Below the pieces are notes generated by a model, which saw only the letters and a program-made list of their open reading frames with translations, was not told the origin of the DNA and ran no database searches. A DNA stretch of 64,000 bases from the human T2T-CHM13v2.0 reference genome, Homo sapiens: assembly GCF_009914755.1 (NCBI RefSeq), contig NC_060927.1. One strand, written 5' to 3'. Below, piece by piece: positions 14,634-31,658 of the stretch (positions are counted from its first letter, which is position 1; every line of letters starts with the position of its first letter). Both the position numbers and the translations under genes were made by a program.

Positions 14634-15425
14634 TGAAATATGAGGTGGGTCTAGACTCAAAGGCAGGGCTTCAACCAAATTGAGAACTAGCTAAAGCAGG
14701 GATGAAGGGGAAGCAGCTTTCCATAAGACATGCTTGCCAGCGTCCCATGTCAGTTTACCATTGCCATGGCAACACCCAGAAGTGATCATCCCTTTGGGCT
14801 GGATGCGGTGGCTCACACCTGTAATCCCAACATATTGGGAGGCCAAGGCTGGCAGATCACTTGAGGCCAGGAGTTCAAGACCAGCCTGTCCCACATGGCA
14901 AAACCCTGTGTCTACTAAAAATACAAAAACTAGCTAGGTGTGGTGGTATGCACCTGTAATCCCACCTACTTGCAGGGCTGAGGCACAAGAATGCTTGAGC
15001 CTGGGAGGCAGAGGTTGCAGTGAGCCAAGATGGTGTCACTGCACTCCAGCCTGGGTGACAGAGCAAGACTCTGTGTCAAAAAAAAAAAAAAAAAAAAAGT
15101 TATCACTCCTTTCTATAGCAACAACCCAATCACATGGAAGTTACCACCCTTGTTTTAGAAACTGCTGCATAATCTGACCCTAAGTATATGTATAATTAAA
15201 AGTGGGTATAAATATGACTGCAAAACTGCCTCTGAGCTGCTACTCTGGGCACCTGTTTTCAAGTATCCCTGCTCCACAAGGAGCAGTACCTCTGCTGCTG
15301 CATACTTCCACTTCAATAAAAGTTGCTGTCTAACACCACTGGCTCACCCTTGAATTCTTTCCTGTGTGGAGCCAAGAACCCTCCAGGGCTAAGCCCCAAT
15401 TCTGGAGTTTGCCTTCCCTGCATCA
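14634..15425 (+). mobile_element. ERV1-class solo LTR (LTR19-like, uncertain) inserted in Tigger1 and split by an Alu
   Basis: TG..CA ends, AAAG TSD at 14630-14633 and 15426-15429, AATAAA near 15315. Its 5' ~170 bp are duplicated at 11793-11960. Confidence 0.75.
14787..15098 (+). mobile_element. Alu inside the LTR
   Basis: Full Alu with degenerate TSD AAGTGATCATCCCTTT / AAGTTATCACTCCTTT. Confidence 0.93.
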
Positions 15426-16167
15426 AAAGATTTAGTGGTCCAGATAGAGGATTAAATCAGCCACAATCAGCTTACAGGTGCAGTGGTGTGATCTCGGCTC
15501 ACTGCAACCTCTATCTCCTGTGTTCAAGCGATTGTCCTTCCTCAGCCTCCTGAGTAGCTGGGATTACAGGCATGCACCACCATTCCTGTAAGCCAAAGCC
15601 TAATCCAGAGAAGGGCCCTTAACTTTCTTCAATTCTATGAAGGCTGAGAAGGGTGAAGAAGCTGCAGAAGAAAAGTTTAAAACTAGCAGAGCTGGGTTCA
15701 TGATGTTTAAGGAAAGAAACCATCTCCACAACACAAAAGTACAAAGTGAGATAGCAAGTTCTGATGTAGAGGCTGCAGCAAGTTATCTAGAAGATCTAAC
15801 TAAGATCATTGATAAAGGTGGCTACACCAAACAACAGATTTTCAACATAGATGAAACAGCCATATATTAAAAGAAGATGCCATCTATGACTTTTATAGCT
15901 CAATAGGAGAAGTCAATGCCTGGGTTCATAGCTACAAAGGACAGGTTGACTCTTAGGGGCTAATGCAGCCGGTGACTTTAAGTTGAAGCCAACACTCATT
16001 TACTATTCTGAAAATCCTAAGGCCCTTAAGAATTGTGCTAAATCTACTCTGCAAGTGCTCTATAGATAGGAAAAAAAAGCCTGGATGACATGTCTGTTTA
16101 CAACATGGTTTACTGAAAATTTTAAGCCCACTCTTGATTCCAGCTGCTCAGAAAAAAAGGAATATTA

Positions 16168-16476
<309 letters not shown>

Positions 16477-17579
16477 TTAATGCTAACTGACAATGCACCC
16501 GGTCACCCAAGAGCTATGATGGAGACGTACAAAGAGATTAATGTTTTCATGCCTGTTAACAGAACATTCTGCAGCCCATGGATCAACAAAAAATTTTGAC
16601 TTTCAAGACTTACTTCAGAAATACATTTTGTTAGGCTATATCTGCCATAGATAGTGATTCCTACGATGGATCTGAGCAAGGTAAATTGAAAACCTTCTGG
16701 AAAGGATTTATCATTATTGATGCCATTAAGAACATTCATGATTCATAAGAGAAGACCAAATATTGGTATTAATAGGAGTTTAGAAGAAGAATATTCCAGC
16801 CCTTATGGATGAGTTTGAGAGGTTCAAGACTTCAGTGGAGGAAGTAACTGCAGATAAGGTAGAAATAGCTAGAGAACTAGAATCAAAAGGGGAGCCTGAA
16901 GATGTGACTGAATTGCTGCAATTTTATTAACAAACTTGAACAGATGAGGAGTTGTCTCTTACAGATGAGCAAAGAAAGCAGTTCCTTGAGATAGTATCTA
17001 CTCCTAGTGAAGATGCTGTGAACATTGTTGAAATTACAAGGAATTTAGAATATTACATAAGCTTATTTGATAAAGCAGCAGCAGGGTATTGGAGAATTGA
17101 CTCCACCTTTGAAAGTTCTACTGTGCATACAATGTTATCAAACATTATTGCATGCTACAGAAAAATCTTTCATGAAAGGAAGAATCTGTTGATGCGGCAA
17201 AGTTCATTGTTCTCTTATTTTTAAAAATTGGCACAGCCACTTGAACCTTCAGCCACCACCTTGATCAGTCAGCAAACATCAACATCAAAACAAGACTCTC
17301 CACCAGCAAAATGGTTACAACTCACTGAAGGCTCAGATGCTTGTTAGTATTTTTTTTAACAATAAAGTATTTTCAATTAAGGTATGCACACGTTTTGAAT
17401 TTTTTATTGAACACCTAATAGACTGAAGTAAAAGTAAACATAACTTTTACATGCACTGTGTGACTTGCTTTATTGCAACGTTCATTTTGTTGCAGTGGTC
17501 TGGAACTGAACTCACAATATCTTGAAGGTAAGCCTACACAAGAAAAACGAAGGTATGTGATCTAGGAAATACAGCCTCA

Positions 17580-21010
<3,431 letters not shown>

Positions 21011-21089
<79 letters not shown>
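21011..21089. repeat. (AAT)n plus ~(TA)27 microsatellite derived from the L1 tail
   Basis: Read directly. The TA run spans 21036-21089. Confidence 0.95.
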
Positions 21090-21093
<4 letters not shown>

Positions 21094-22365
21094 CACAGTA
21101 CTATGGGCCCTTCTTGCAACAATCATTTGAGGATAAAATCCAGCCAGCCAAAAGACAAATCAAAATGAAAAGTTCAAGAAAGATAAACTGAATAAAAGTG
21201 ACTGCGGTAAGGACCATTAAAGCAAATCAAGTATAAAACTAACACTAAACACTTGTGATAAATTAAGGGCATTGAATCAAATGCAAATAAAACTTGATAA
21301 TATTAAAAATGATAAAACCATTATTTTTAATAGGGGAAAAGGAGGTGGGAAAATGTGTAAGAGTGCTAACTTATTCTTTAAAATCAGAGACATTCAGTAA
21401 TCTATATTTGAAATATAGAGTTCTTAGAAACATTAACCATTTAATTTTTTCTTAACTTAGAGGAATTTTTTTAGCAATCAGCACCTCTTGTGATCAAGTA
21501 ATATTTACCTGAAATTCAACAACTGCTTTTTCTTCTCTCAAATACTAAAATAAATATTTTGTGTTAAATACCGCATATATATAATTCCATTATAATACTC
21601 ATTTTTCTCTTCTTTCTGTATATCTGTATACCAAGATGTCTGAAATGTGTGTTTAATGCCATGGTAATCATTTCTACAGTACAGTGGACACTTTGGAGAG
21701 GAAATACCTTATGTTTTTATCTCATACCCTTCTATTCTGTTTGAATATCTTAAATTTACAGGAGTTGCTTTTTAAATGTCAGAGTTTAAAAAGCAATTTA
21801 ATTTAATGCAATTGTGGTGCTCATTTTTCTTCTTTATATGGCTCTATACTTTTTTAAAAGAGCTAATATACTTAATATGTACATAAAAATCCTGTGTGAC
21901 ACATATTATGGCAAGAATACTAAAACCTAAAATTTGGATGGAACCTTAACCCATATTATGTCCCTAGAGCCCGCGAAGTAATTAGTTTGTTCATCTCCAT
22001 CTCCGCTTTACAAAAAAAGAAGCAGGATTAGGGTTGGTAAGTAGGATCTGAACCCAGGGCTGGATACTTAGTATTAATTCCTCGGTACTCAGTGCTAGAT
22101 CCCTTACATTTCCTAATATTGCCCTCCTTTGGGGAAAAATTGCAGTCTTCTAAATTACACATGAGTAAATAGGTCAGAACGTGTTAAAAAGCATTTCCAT
22201 TGTTTTCAAAAGGTAGAGTAACAGGATTTTCATTTTCCTTTTTTAGAGCTGAGAAAACTTTCTGTTCCGTTTTACAAAGTTGTGTAAGCATCATCTGTTA
22301 TTCTTGGACCTTCTTCTACACAACATATCACCACCAAAGTTTTTCAAAATTTGCTGACCCGGTTG

Positions 22366-22526
22366 CAATTTTTTATTTTTTTATTTTTTCGTAGAGACGC
22401 GGTGGGAGGGGTTTGTGGGGGGTCTCGCTTTGTTGTTCAAGCTTGTTTTACTCCTGGCTTTTAGGGTTCCTCCGCCTCAGCCTCCCAAAGTGCTGGGATT
22501 ACAGGTGTGAGCCACTGCGCCCGGCC
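22366..22526 (-). mobile_element. Alu left monomer (FLAM-like)
   Basis: Single antisense monomer ending GCCCGGCC, flanked by TGCAATTTTTT repeats. Confidence 0.8.
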
Positions 22527-22829
22527 TGCAATTTTTTTTTTTTTAACAACTGCTATGAATTGTAGTTAGTGTAAGTTCGTCCTTACAACGTAAAATTTCT
22601 TATGTTAATCTGTGACAACTCAATCTTCTCTTTGAAAAACTGTAAACCGCACATTTCATTCTTACCGGGCTGTTCCTCTTGAAAACATCTCAAGTCACTT
22701 TCAGCTTTAAACATTACAGACAAAAACTCACAAAGAAATATGAACCTTCTGGAGTTTAATTTATAAACGTGCGCAAATAACCGTTGCTATGCAAACCTCA
22801 GAAATTCTTTTCCAAGTAGCTCTTTAATT

Positions 22830-24120
22830 TTTGAGCAAGGAAAAAGCGGGCGCCGGAACCAGCCTTTCCTCTCTCGCCAGGAGGAACGAAATAAGTAAGA
22901 GGAGTGGGCATGAGGAAGGGAGTAATAATTCGAGCTTTATAACCCTAAATGTCAATTATGGTTTTAATAGCATTTTTAAATGCTTAACAATTACTGAAAT
23001 AGGCAGAGAGGGTAAGGGAGGAGGGCGATGGTGCGGGGGAGTGTTAGAGGAAGCACAGAATTAGGAAAGGAGAGAAATAAAAGGGCTGGGGTAGTACTGC
23101 CAACCAGAAAACGCCCCCAACAGGCTCTCTCTGCTTCCTCCCGCCTGCTTCAATTGATCTCACCTGATCTTCCAGTAGCTTGTTCTCCTCGTTCGCCACC
23201 GGGATGGCGAACCCATCCTCCCAGTGCAGCTCAGCCAGGAATTCGCTACTCATGACTGCAAACGGATAGAGAAGATACAGAGCAAAGATCCGCCTTCTTG
23301 TACAGCGGGTGAGCAGCACCCGCGTCAAGCCCAGGCACCTGCACAGTGCCGCGGCAATTGCCGGGGGAGCCCTAGCAACCTTCCCGCGTCCTTAGTTACC
23401 AAACAGGAAACGCTCCAGCCCGAAGGCGAAACTTCCGGTTGAGAACTCCCTGCCTGCAGGCCGAAGAATCTTTTTCTTACCTTGAGCACTGAGGGATGAG
23501 CAGCAACTTGCCCCTCCCGACGTTCCCGGGGGTTGCCAGGCGGCAGCGTAACTTTCCACGAAAAGGCGGCTCTCGGATCGCTCCCGGAGCGTGTGAAAAC
23601 TGTGGCCCCCGGAGCTGGCTGGAGGACCACGGGGCAGCTGGCTGGAAGTAAACCACACGATCCTCCGATTGCCTGGGGGAAGACGGGAGCCAACAGGGAT
23701 TATAAACTAAGTTTCTTTTCAAGGTGTGTTTGCTGTGTTGTGTAGATTTCAGCTACTACAGTAGGTGAAAGTAGACCGAAGTGAACTGGTGTTTGGAAAC
23801 AACTCTCTCTCTGGCATCACTGGGATGTTCTGATCGTCGCCTGTTTCAGTCGGCCAGCCTTCCTCACCGCACTCACCGGCCCCATCGCGGATGTCCCAGT
23901 CGATCACAGACGCGGACCGCGCGGAGGCCGCACACTTGTGGCGCGGTGTGGTGGTCCCTCCGGCACCACTCCCATACTTGCATTTTTCTTTGCATTTTTG
24001 TTTGCTAACATTTAAAGTGTGGAATTTCGCATAAACGTCTGTATTTCCTCTGCTTGAAAAAGGGTAGGTGACACAATCCCCATTATCAAAAGGCAATGTT
24101 CCGCTGGAGAGGCGCCCCCT
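22830..24120. promoter_or_regulatory. CpG-island promoter of CCDC39
   Basis: GC- and CpG-rich block in an AT-rich window, spanning exon 1. ETS/GABPA motif ACTTCCGG at 23431-23438. RFX X-box-like sites CCTAGCAAC 23371-23379 and GTTGCCAGG 23532-23540. Confidence 0.88.
23164..23253 (-). CDS. CCDC39: CCDC39 coding exon 1 (aa 1-30, [30 protein letters not shown])
   Basis: ATG at 23253-23251. Translation matches the recognised CCDC39 N-terminus. Donor CAG|GTGAG at 23163. 90 nt, inside the CpG island. Confidence 0.97.
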
Positions 24121-26713
24121 TTAGACCAACAAAGCACTTTACCAGTTCACTAATTTGAATTACCTGCTTGGCACGGGTAGGCATTTGAGTTATAGTCTCT
24201 CTTGTATAGTATCTCAGAACTGGAAAGGACAAAACAATCAACTAATCTAATCCTTTCATTTTCTCGGTAAGTTAAACCGAGGCTCCTTGAGGCAAAGTGA
24301 TTAAAGAAGGGATGCTGTGCATGAATTAATTTTACGTATCCAATAATCATCTGTAATTTTTTTTGCTCTTTCGAATTTTATTTTACCTAGACATTGTTAA
24401 ACTTTTATTATAAATATTTTAAATGTATATGGTAATAGAAAGCAGAGTATAAATAACTGCTATATATGCATCACCTTGATTTAGCATTCATATTTTGCCA
24501 TGTTAGCATCATCTGTATCTTTTGCTCAAGTGAAAAAATAATCATAGACATCATGACATTACAGCCCTAAATACATGAGCATGTATTGGTAGAAGAGTGG
24601 TTAATGTTATCTAACATAAGCACAATATCATTATCACACCTATAAAAATCAACTATTCTTCAATATCATCTAATAACCATTTCAGATTCATATTTCGACT
24701 GTCCTAAAAATGTCTTTTTACAGTCGATTTGTTTGTCACTATAGTTCTGAAATCCTCCTGTAGGAGCTTTGTCTCTTTGTGCCTACATTGTTTTCCATAA
24801 ACTTAATCTTGTGGACTTAGTGCCTTTAAAGACTAGAATTAGCAAAGCATTTTATTCCCCCTTTCTACAATGATTAAAGGCTGGGGAGAAAGGCTCAACT
24901 TGTAGAAGAAATTTGACCTGCATGTAATAGTGGAATTTTAGATATAATGACATTTAATCCTTTATAAATGATCATTACTTATTTTATAATAGTTTAGTCA
25001 TTCCAACTAATGAAAATGTTAGTATTCAGCTTATGTTAAGATGGTACATAGTTATTTATACTTGGGATATGTTGTGGCAATGCTGCTTTCTAAAATTATT
25101 GGTGTTGGGTCAAAGGTGGGGAGGAAAATGGCAGAACAAGACTTCCAGCAATCAGCCCTCACAGAAACATCAATTGGAACAAAACTATTCACCTACGAAA
25201 ATACCTTCACAAGAGCTAAGGAAACCAATCACATTTAATTACCTTTTAATACAGCAAAAAGTAAAAATAAAATAATTGGTATTATCACCCATGTATCTTA
25301 AAATTACCTAATTTACCATCCCAGTTTTTAATATGAATACTGAGCTGCCTCGACCTGTGCCAATGAGTTGAAGCACCCCTCTCAGTGTCAGCTGTAGCTG
25401 CCAAATGCATGACTGTGGAGTCTTTTTCATCTTTCCATTAATTTTACTTCTAGGAATACGTCCTACAGAAACAGTTACATAGGTAAGTTCCATGCCCTTA
25501 TACCGCACGGGCATAAGAAGTCTAGCAACTGAAGCTCTGAGAATCCCATGTCTCATTTCTCAAAGATTCCATTTCCTGAATTTGAGGATAACAATTATAT
25601 GATATTTACTTCTAGATGAAATGCCCATGCTTTCTCCAAATTCTACAATTCTGCCTTAAAATGGTATCTCATTACAGAATCTCATATCACCTAGTTCCCA
25701 CTCGAATTCTACAAGTTCTAGACCATAACTCTATTTGCATTCATCCAGATCTAGCTTTGGAAACAAAACCCATAGTTTTATAAGCTTTGTTGTTGAAATG
25801 CTCAATTTAATTCCAACATGCTAAAGAAGATGTTACCCTTTTACTGTCTTATTCCCTTAAATTCACCAAATCAAGTTGCGCAGGCTAAAACATAAAGTTT
25901 ATTTGTTCTGCAAAAATAATGTAGAAAAAATACTTCTATGTATGAAGTAAAAGAAAAAGATGTATTTCACCTCCATGCCAATCCTACTTGTAAGAGAGTA
26001 CCACTGTTTAGTGTTTACCTAACCAGCATTTTTAAATGAAGCTATAAATATTTACATATGTCAATTTTGTCCTACATAAATATAATCATATAGTAAATAT
26101 TATTCTGCAAATCCATTCTTTTCACTTAACAATAGTGGCCATGTTTCCATGTCAGTACATTTAGATCTACCTTAGTCTTTTTACAGAAGCTTAAAATTCA
26201 GTATTATCAATTATAACTTTATAAACAGTGCTGCAATGCACATCTTGATAATACTGCATTTCATCAATTCTGGTTATACTTTTTTTCACATTTTTATATC
26301 TCTGAAATCGAGATGCATCTTTTAATCAATGAAATTAGATTTGGTGAAATATGATATAATCTTGCATACCTATGTAAATGTCTCTACAGGAAAAATTCTT
26401 AGAAGTAAAATTAATGGAAAACAGATTTAAGCAATTTTATTTTGATAGGTAACACTAAATTATTCTTCAAAAAGGCTTTACATATTCTCCAAAAATATGA
26501 GAGTATCTTTGCATACCTGGATATTATGAAATATTAAATATTTTACAATATAGAGAACAAAATACAGTATCTCATAGTTAATGGACATTTCCCTAATAAG
26601 GGAGACTCAGCATCACATTTCTTCTAAGAATTTCTTTATCATATTCTTTGCCCAGTTTTTCCCTACTCAGTGATCTTATTGAATTATAGCAGTGCTTTCT
26701 GTGTTATGGATAG

Positions 26714-26716
<3 letters not shown>

Positions 26717-26762
<46 letters not shown>

Positions 26763-26765
26763 TGT
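26717..26765. repeat. compound (TC)n(TG)n microsatellite
   Basis: Read directly. Confidence 0.95.
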
Positions 26766-27162
26766 AAGTATTTTTCTCCCAGTCTGTTTTTGGAGGCTTT
26801 CTGTTTAACTTTGTTTTTAGTGTATTTTGCCATACACACCTCAGAAACTACCCTTGTTGCCATCAGCATGCTTCCTACTCAGCGGACTCTTTCATCATCA
26901 ACTTACCCAATCTAGCAGCAGCATTAAACTCACCTGTTCTTTCCCTGTTAAAACATTTTCCTCTCTTGGCTTTTATGAGTTTTTCTTTCCTGTCAGTTTC
27001 CCATTAACTTTATTTATCTCCTTTGCTGCTTTATCTTGGCCCATTTGGCCACTCAACAATGGTATTCCTCAAGACCCAAAGCTGATCCCTCTACTCTTCT
27101 CTTCTTACAATTGCTTCCTAGGTAATGATATCCATTTTCATGTCTTTAAATGCTATGGTAGG

Positions 27163-27535
27163 TGTATTAGTTTGCTAGGACTGCCATAATATCATACACT
27201 AGGTGGCTTAACAGAAATTTATTTTCTCACAGTTCTAGGGGCTAGCAATTCAAGAGCAAGGGATGGTTTCTGATGAGGCCTCCCTCCTTGGCTTGCAAGA
27301 TGGCTGCCTTCTCACCGTGTCTTCACATGGTCTTTTCTCTGTGCACATGGATTGCTGGTGTCTCTTTCTCTTCTTATAAGGATACCACCAGTCCTGTTGG
27401 ATTAGGGTTCCGCACTTCTGACCTCGTTTAACCTTAGTTCCCTCGGTAAAGACCCTGTTTCCAAATACAGTCAAATTGGGAGTGGCTTCAACATATGAAT
27501 TTGGGCAGGGGAGGGGCCCAACTCAGTCCAAAACA
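27163..27535 (-). mobile_element. MLT1B/C-like MaLR LTR within an L2-like remnant
   Basis: TGTATTAGTTTGCTAGGACTGCCATAA...TCTCACAGTTCTAG...TCCAAATACAGTCA...ACA. Confidence 0.8.
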
Positions 27536-28511
27536 GCTGATATTTTCTTAATTTTATTCTTAACATTTCTCTAGCCCAGATCTCTCTTCTGTTCTCCAAA
27601 CATACATCCAGCTGCTTACTAGAAAATTCTGTCAAGATGTCTCATCGATATCTTAAACCCGATTCACAGGTCTAAGATAGAATTCTTGACTTCAACTGCA
27701 CATATTTCAAAGCTGTTTCCCTGTCTTTTCTACACAGCCAGCACACCGCCATCTACTGAACTGTATAAAATCAAATCCTGACTGTGATTACTGATTCCTT
27801 CCTTTTCCTCACCTCTCATCTTCAATACATCACTATTACATCTCACTTTCAGCCCCCAAAGCTGTACTGATCCTACTGCTCTCCATCTCCACTGCCACTA
27901 CTCTAATTTAGGCTTTCATCACCTGTCACTACGTTACCAAAATTGTCTCCCCATCAATCTGCCCACCTCTGCTCTTGTTCTCCTAAAAATCCATCCTCCC
28001 CTCAGCAATTAAGGTAATCTTTTCTTTCTGACATCAAATTCCAAAATGTTTCCAACATAAAAAAAGCTGAAATAGTTTTAGTCCTCTGGATCTAGTTGGT
28101 ACCTAGATCCTGCCATTAATATTTGCCTCTTCATATGTTTATCTCTCTATTCATCCATCAATCCATATTATTTCTTCATGTATTTCAAAATAAATTCTAA
28201 GAATCAATACACTTCCTTCTTAAATACCATGCTTATGTTTACTTTTGTTTACATTTCTCCTCTACAGTGAAATTTACATACAAAGAAAAACACAAATCTT
28301 TCGTTTTGACAAGTGCATGACTTGGTTAACCTAAACTACTCTCAAGATATAGAATATTACCACTACCACAAAACATTCCCTCATGCCTCTTTCCAGTCAG
28401 TCCCTCCTCTCACCTCCCCAAATCCCCAGAGACAACTATTTTTCCAGGTTTTTTTTTTCTATTGTAAGTTTTCTTTCTTTTAAAATTCCAAATAAACAGA
28501 AAGGTACCATA

Positions 28512-29297
28512 TTGTACCAGTTAATAATTTATTGCCTCTCAGCTCCAAATTCACCCATTTTTCCTGTTCTGTTAAAACAGTATGGGCTCTTTAAAGAGTT
28601 CTCTTTTGGCTGTTGGCATAAAATTAGGCTTTATCAACAGAGGGCATAGGAGAGACATTGCAGAAGGAAAATAGATTTTTTTTTTTTTGCTTTGTTTTGT
28701 TTTTCTTTCTGGTTTCCATGAGCTCACCTGGCAGGCTCCTGTAGCACACACAGCTTCTCCAGCCCCTGGCTCCTGTGTTGCACACAGCTTCTCCAGCGTC
28801 CAGCCCCTGCATCACAGGCATTTTCTCCAGCATTAGGCTCCTGCAGTGCTTGTGACTTCTCCAGTTCCCAGCTCCTGCAGTGCGAAGCAGGCAGCAGCAT
28901 CCAGAAGCTTTCCTTAGCGCCCCACCCCACTCTGAACTCTTCACTTGGGCAGTTCTGTAGCAGAGTGCCTCTGGTGAGACATGTCCCAATGAATAGATTT
29001 CCCTGGCATCATAAAGAATAGATTTTCAGCCAGTTCCACTGCACCAAAACAACTCTGCCATTCACTGAACCCTGTGGTGGGGGTGGAGGAGTCTCTTCCT
29101 TGGGTACTGTATTTCAGCTTTAGGGATACTGGCTGCTCCTTATAGCTGCTATTTTTATATTCCTTAGAGCTCTTTACATATTAACAGTCAACCATTGTTG
29201 ACTCTTATCCTCTGTATAATGAAGAATTTTTATATTAAACTTTCCCTGTTAAGTTACTATGTGGTTTCTTTCTCCTCACTGGACCCAGATTCATACA
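28512..29297 (+). mobile_element. old ERVL-type LTR with internal imperfect repeats
   Basis: TGTACCAG start, ...GGACCCAGATTCATACA end and ATTAAA signal. CAGCTTCTCCAGC-type repeats at 28735-28880. Interrupts an old L1. Confidence 0.55.
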
Positions 29298-29654
29298 AGG
29301 ACAGTTTGTACTTTTAGAAATAACATGCTTTTTTTCACTCTGCATGATGTTTTTGATATTTATCCATAATTGTGGTACATAGCAATAGTTTGTTTCTTTT
29401 TATTACTGTGTTGTTTCCAGGTTTGGATAATTATGAATAAAGCTATTATAAACATCCTTGTACCAGTCTTTTTAACACATTTTTTATTTTAGAATAGTTT
29501 TGGATTTACATAAAATTTACAAAGATAGTAAAGAGAGTTTCCAGATACCCCTCACCAAGTTTTAGTTTCCCCAATGTTATTATTTCACATTGTCATGGTA
29601 CATTCATCAGAATGAAGAAGCCAACCATGCTACATTACTATACACTACACTTGA

Positions 29655-29954
<300 letters not shown>

Positions 29955-31232
29955 CAGACTTCTAGTTCTTCCATTAATGTTCATTTTCTGTCCCAGAATC
30001 CAATCCAGCATATCACATTGCATTTTCTTGTTATATCTCATTAGTCTCCCTTGTGTCTGTGATAAGTTCTCAATTTTTTTCTTGTTTTTCATAACCTTGA
30101 CAGTATTCAGGAGCACTGACTCATCTAATATTGTGTAAAATATCCCTCAGTTTGATTTTGTCTGATGGTTGTCACATGCTTAGGCTGGAGTTAGGGGTTT
30201 TTGGAAAGAAAACCACAGAGGTTAAGTGTCCTTCTCATCACATAATATCGGAGGTATATTATGTCTCCATGACATCACTTGTGATTTTATCTTCAGTCAT
30301 TCTGTTAAGGTAATGTTTGCCAGGTTTCTTCACTGTAAAGTTACTATTTTTTCCCATCCATACTCAATTCTTTGGAAGCAATTCACTAAGTTCAGCCTGG
30401 TCTCAAAGGAGGGAGATTAAACTCTATCGCCTAAAAGAATAATATCTACATACAATATTTAAAATTTTTTGTAAATAACACTATTTCTTCTTTATTTGCT
30501 CAATCTTTTTATGTCACTATGGACAAATGCGTATTTTATATTTGGGGTTATAATCCAAACAATGTTAGTCATTTTGTGGCTCAATTTGTTCCATCCTTGG
30601 CCATTGGCCCCTGTGTGTCTTTGACATGCCTTCATCATTTTGTTTTTGTTTCATTTGGTTTGTTTTTGAGCACCTCATTACTTTCTGGTACTGCATGACT
30701 TTTCAGGTTCATCTTGTATTTTTCCTAACCCAGCTTGAGAATCAGCCATTTCTCCAAGGAGGCCTGGTTCCTTTTATGGGAGAATGGTGTTTAGAAACCA
30801 AGATCTGGAGTCTGGGTATGTTTGTTTTTGTGGTGGTGTCATTGCTTTCAGGTCCTCTCAGAGTCAGAGCTAAATAATATACGTATGTACATTATTAACC
30901 CATGAATTCATACATATCTATCATTGTTTTTGCTTCTGTATGCATAAGCTAAACACTAGCACATATTGCTATCTCTGACTCTCACCCAGTACCATAAAGC
31001 TTGTACTAGCCTTCCCTTTTTACCTATTTATAACTTTCCTGCTAGTCATGAGAAATCTTGCTCCTACCATCCATTATTCATTTACTTATTTTTTCCAGCC
31101 CCAGTATACATTTAAAGTACTTTCAGAATTATTAACCTGTACTTCCAGTACCAGTGTTTTCATGGACATATGTTTTTATTTCTCTTGAATAAATTCCAAG
31201 AAGTGCAATTGCTGACCGTAAGATAGGTGTTT

Positions 31233-31355
31233 GGCCAGCATGGTGGCACACACCTATAATCCTAGCTACTCAGGAGGCTGATGCAGGAGGATTGCTTCAG
31301 CTCAGGAGTTCGAGACCAGCTGGGCAACATACCAGGACCCTGTTTCTTAAATAAA
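31233..31355 (+). mobile_element. Alu monomer (FLAM/FAM-like)
   Basis: Single monomer GGCCAGCATGGTGGC...GGACCCTGTTTCTT with an A-rich end. Confidence 0.75.
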
Positions 31356-31658
31356 ATTGTTCTAAAAAAGATAGATGCATGATTAGTTTTATAAAAACAC
31401 ACCAGAGCTTTTTCCAAAGTAATTGTGCCATTTTAAGGGTTTCTTTTGTTAAATCAAATTTTTCCCAAGTTAAAACTCTTCAATGGACTCCTAGTTTAGT
31501 TAGAATTAAATCCAAACTCCTTAACTGGTCTACAAAGTCCTGTGTGATCTGACCTCTGCCTATTTCTCTCATCCCATCTCTTGCCAACTTTTCCTTCACT
31601 AACTACATTTCAGCCATACTGACTTTCCAAAATTGTTTCTCCAGAGCCTCAAAAAACT

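Noticed and set aside
23254-23328. 25-codon in-frame N-terminal extension of CCDC39 in the ORF track
   Set aside because: It begins at TTG, not ATG, and the recognised protein starts at the ATG at 23253. Nothing in the sequence supports its use.
25308-25354. Possible small minus-strand upstream exon (CACAG|GTCGAG...GATG|GTAAAT)
   Set aside because: Weak polypyrimidine tract, and such signals occur by chance. Not supportable without transcript data.
28735-28880. Short interspersed repeats resembling a repeat-spacer array
   Set aside because: Imperfect, irregular internal repeats of an old LTR in a eukaryotic genome. There is no constant repeat or spacer length and no cas genes.
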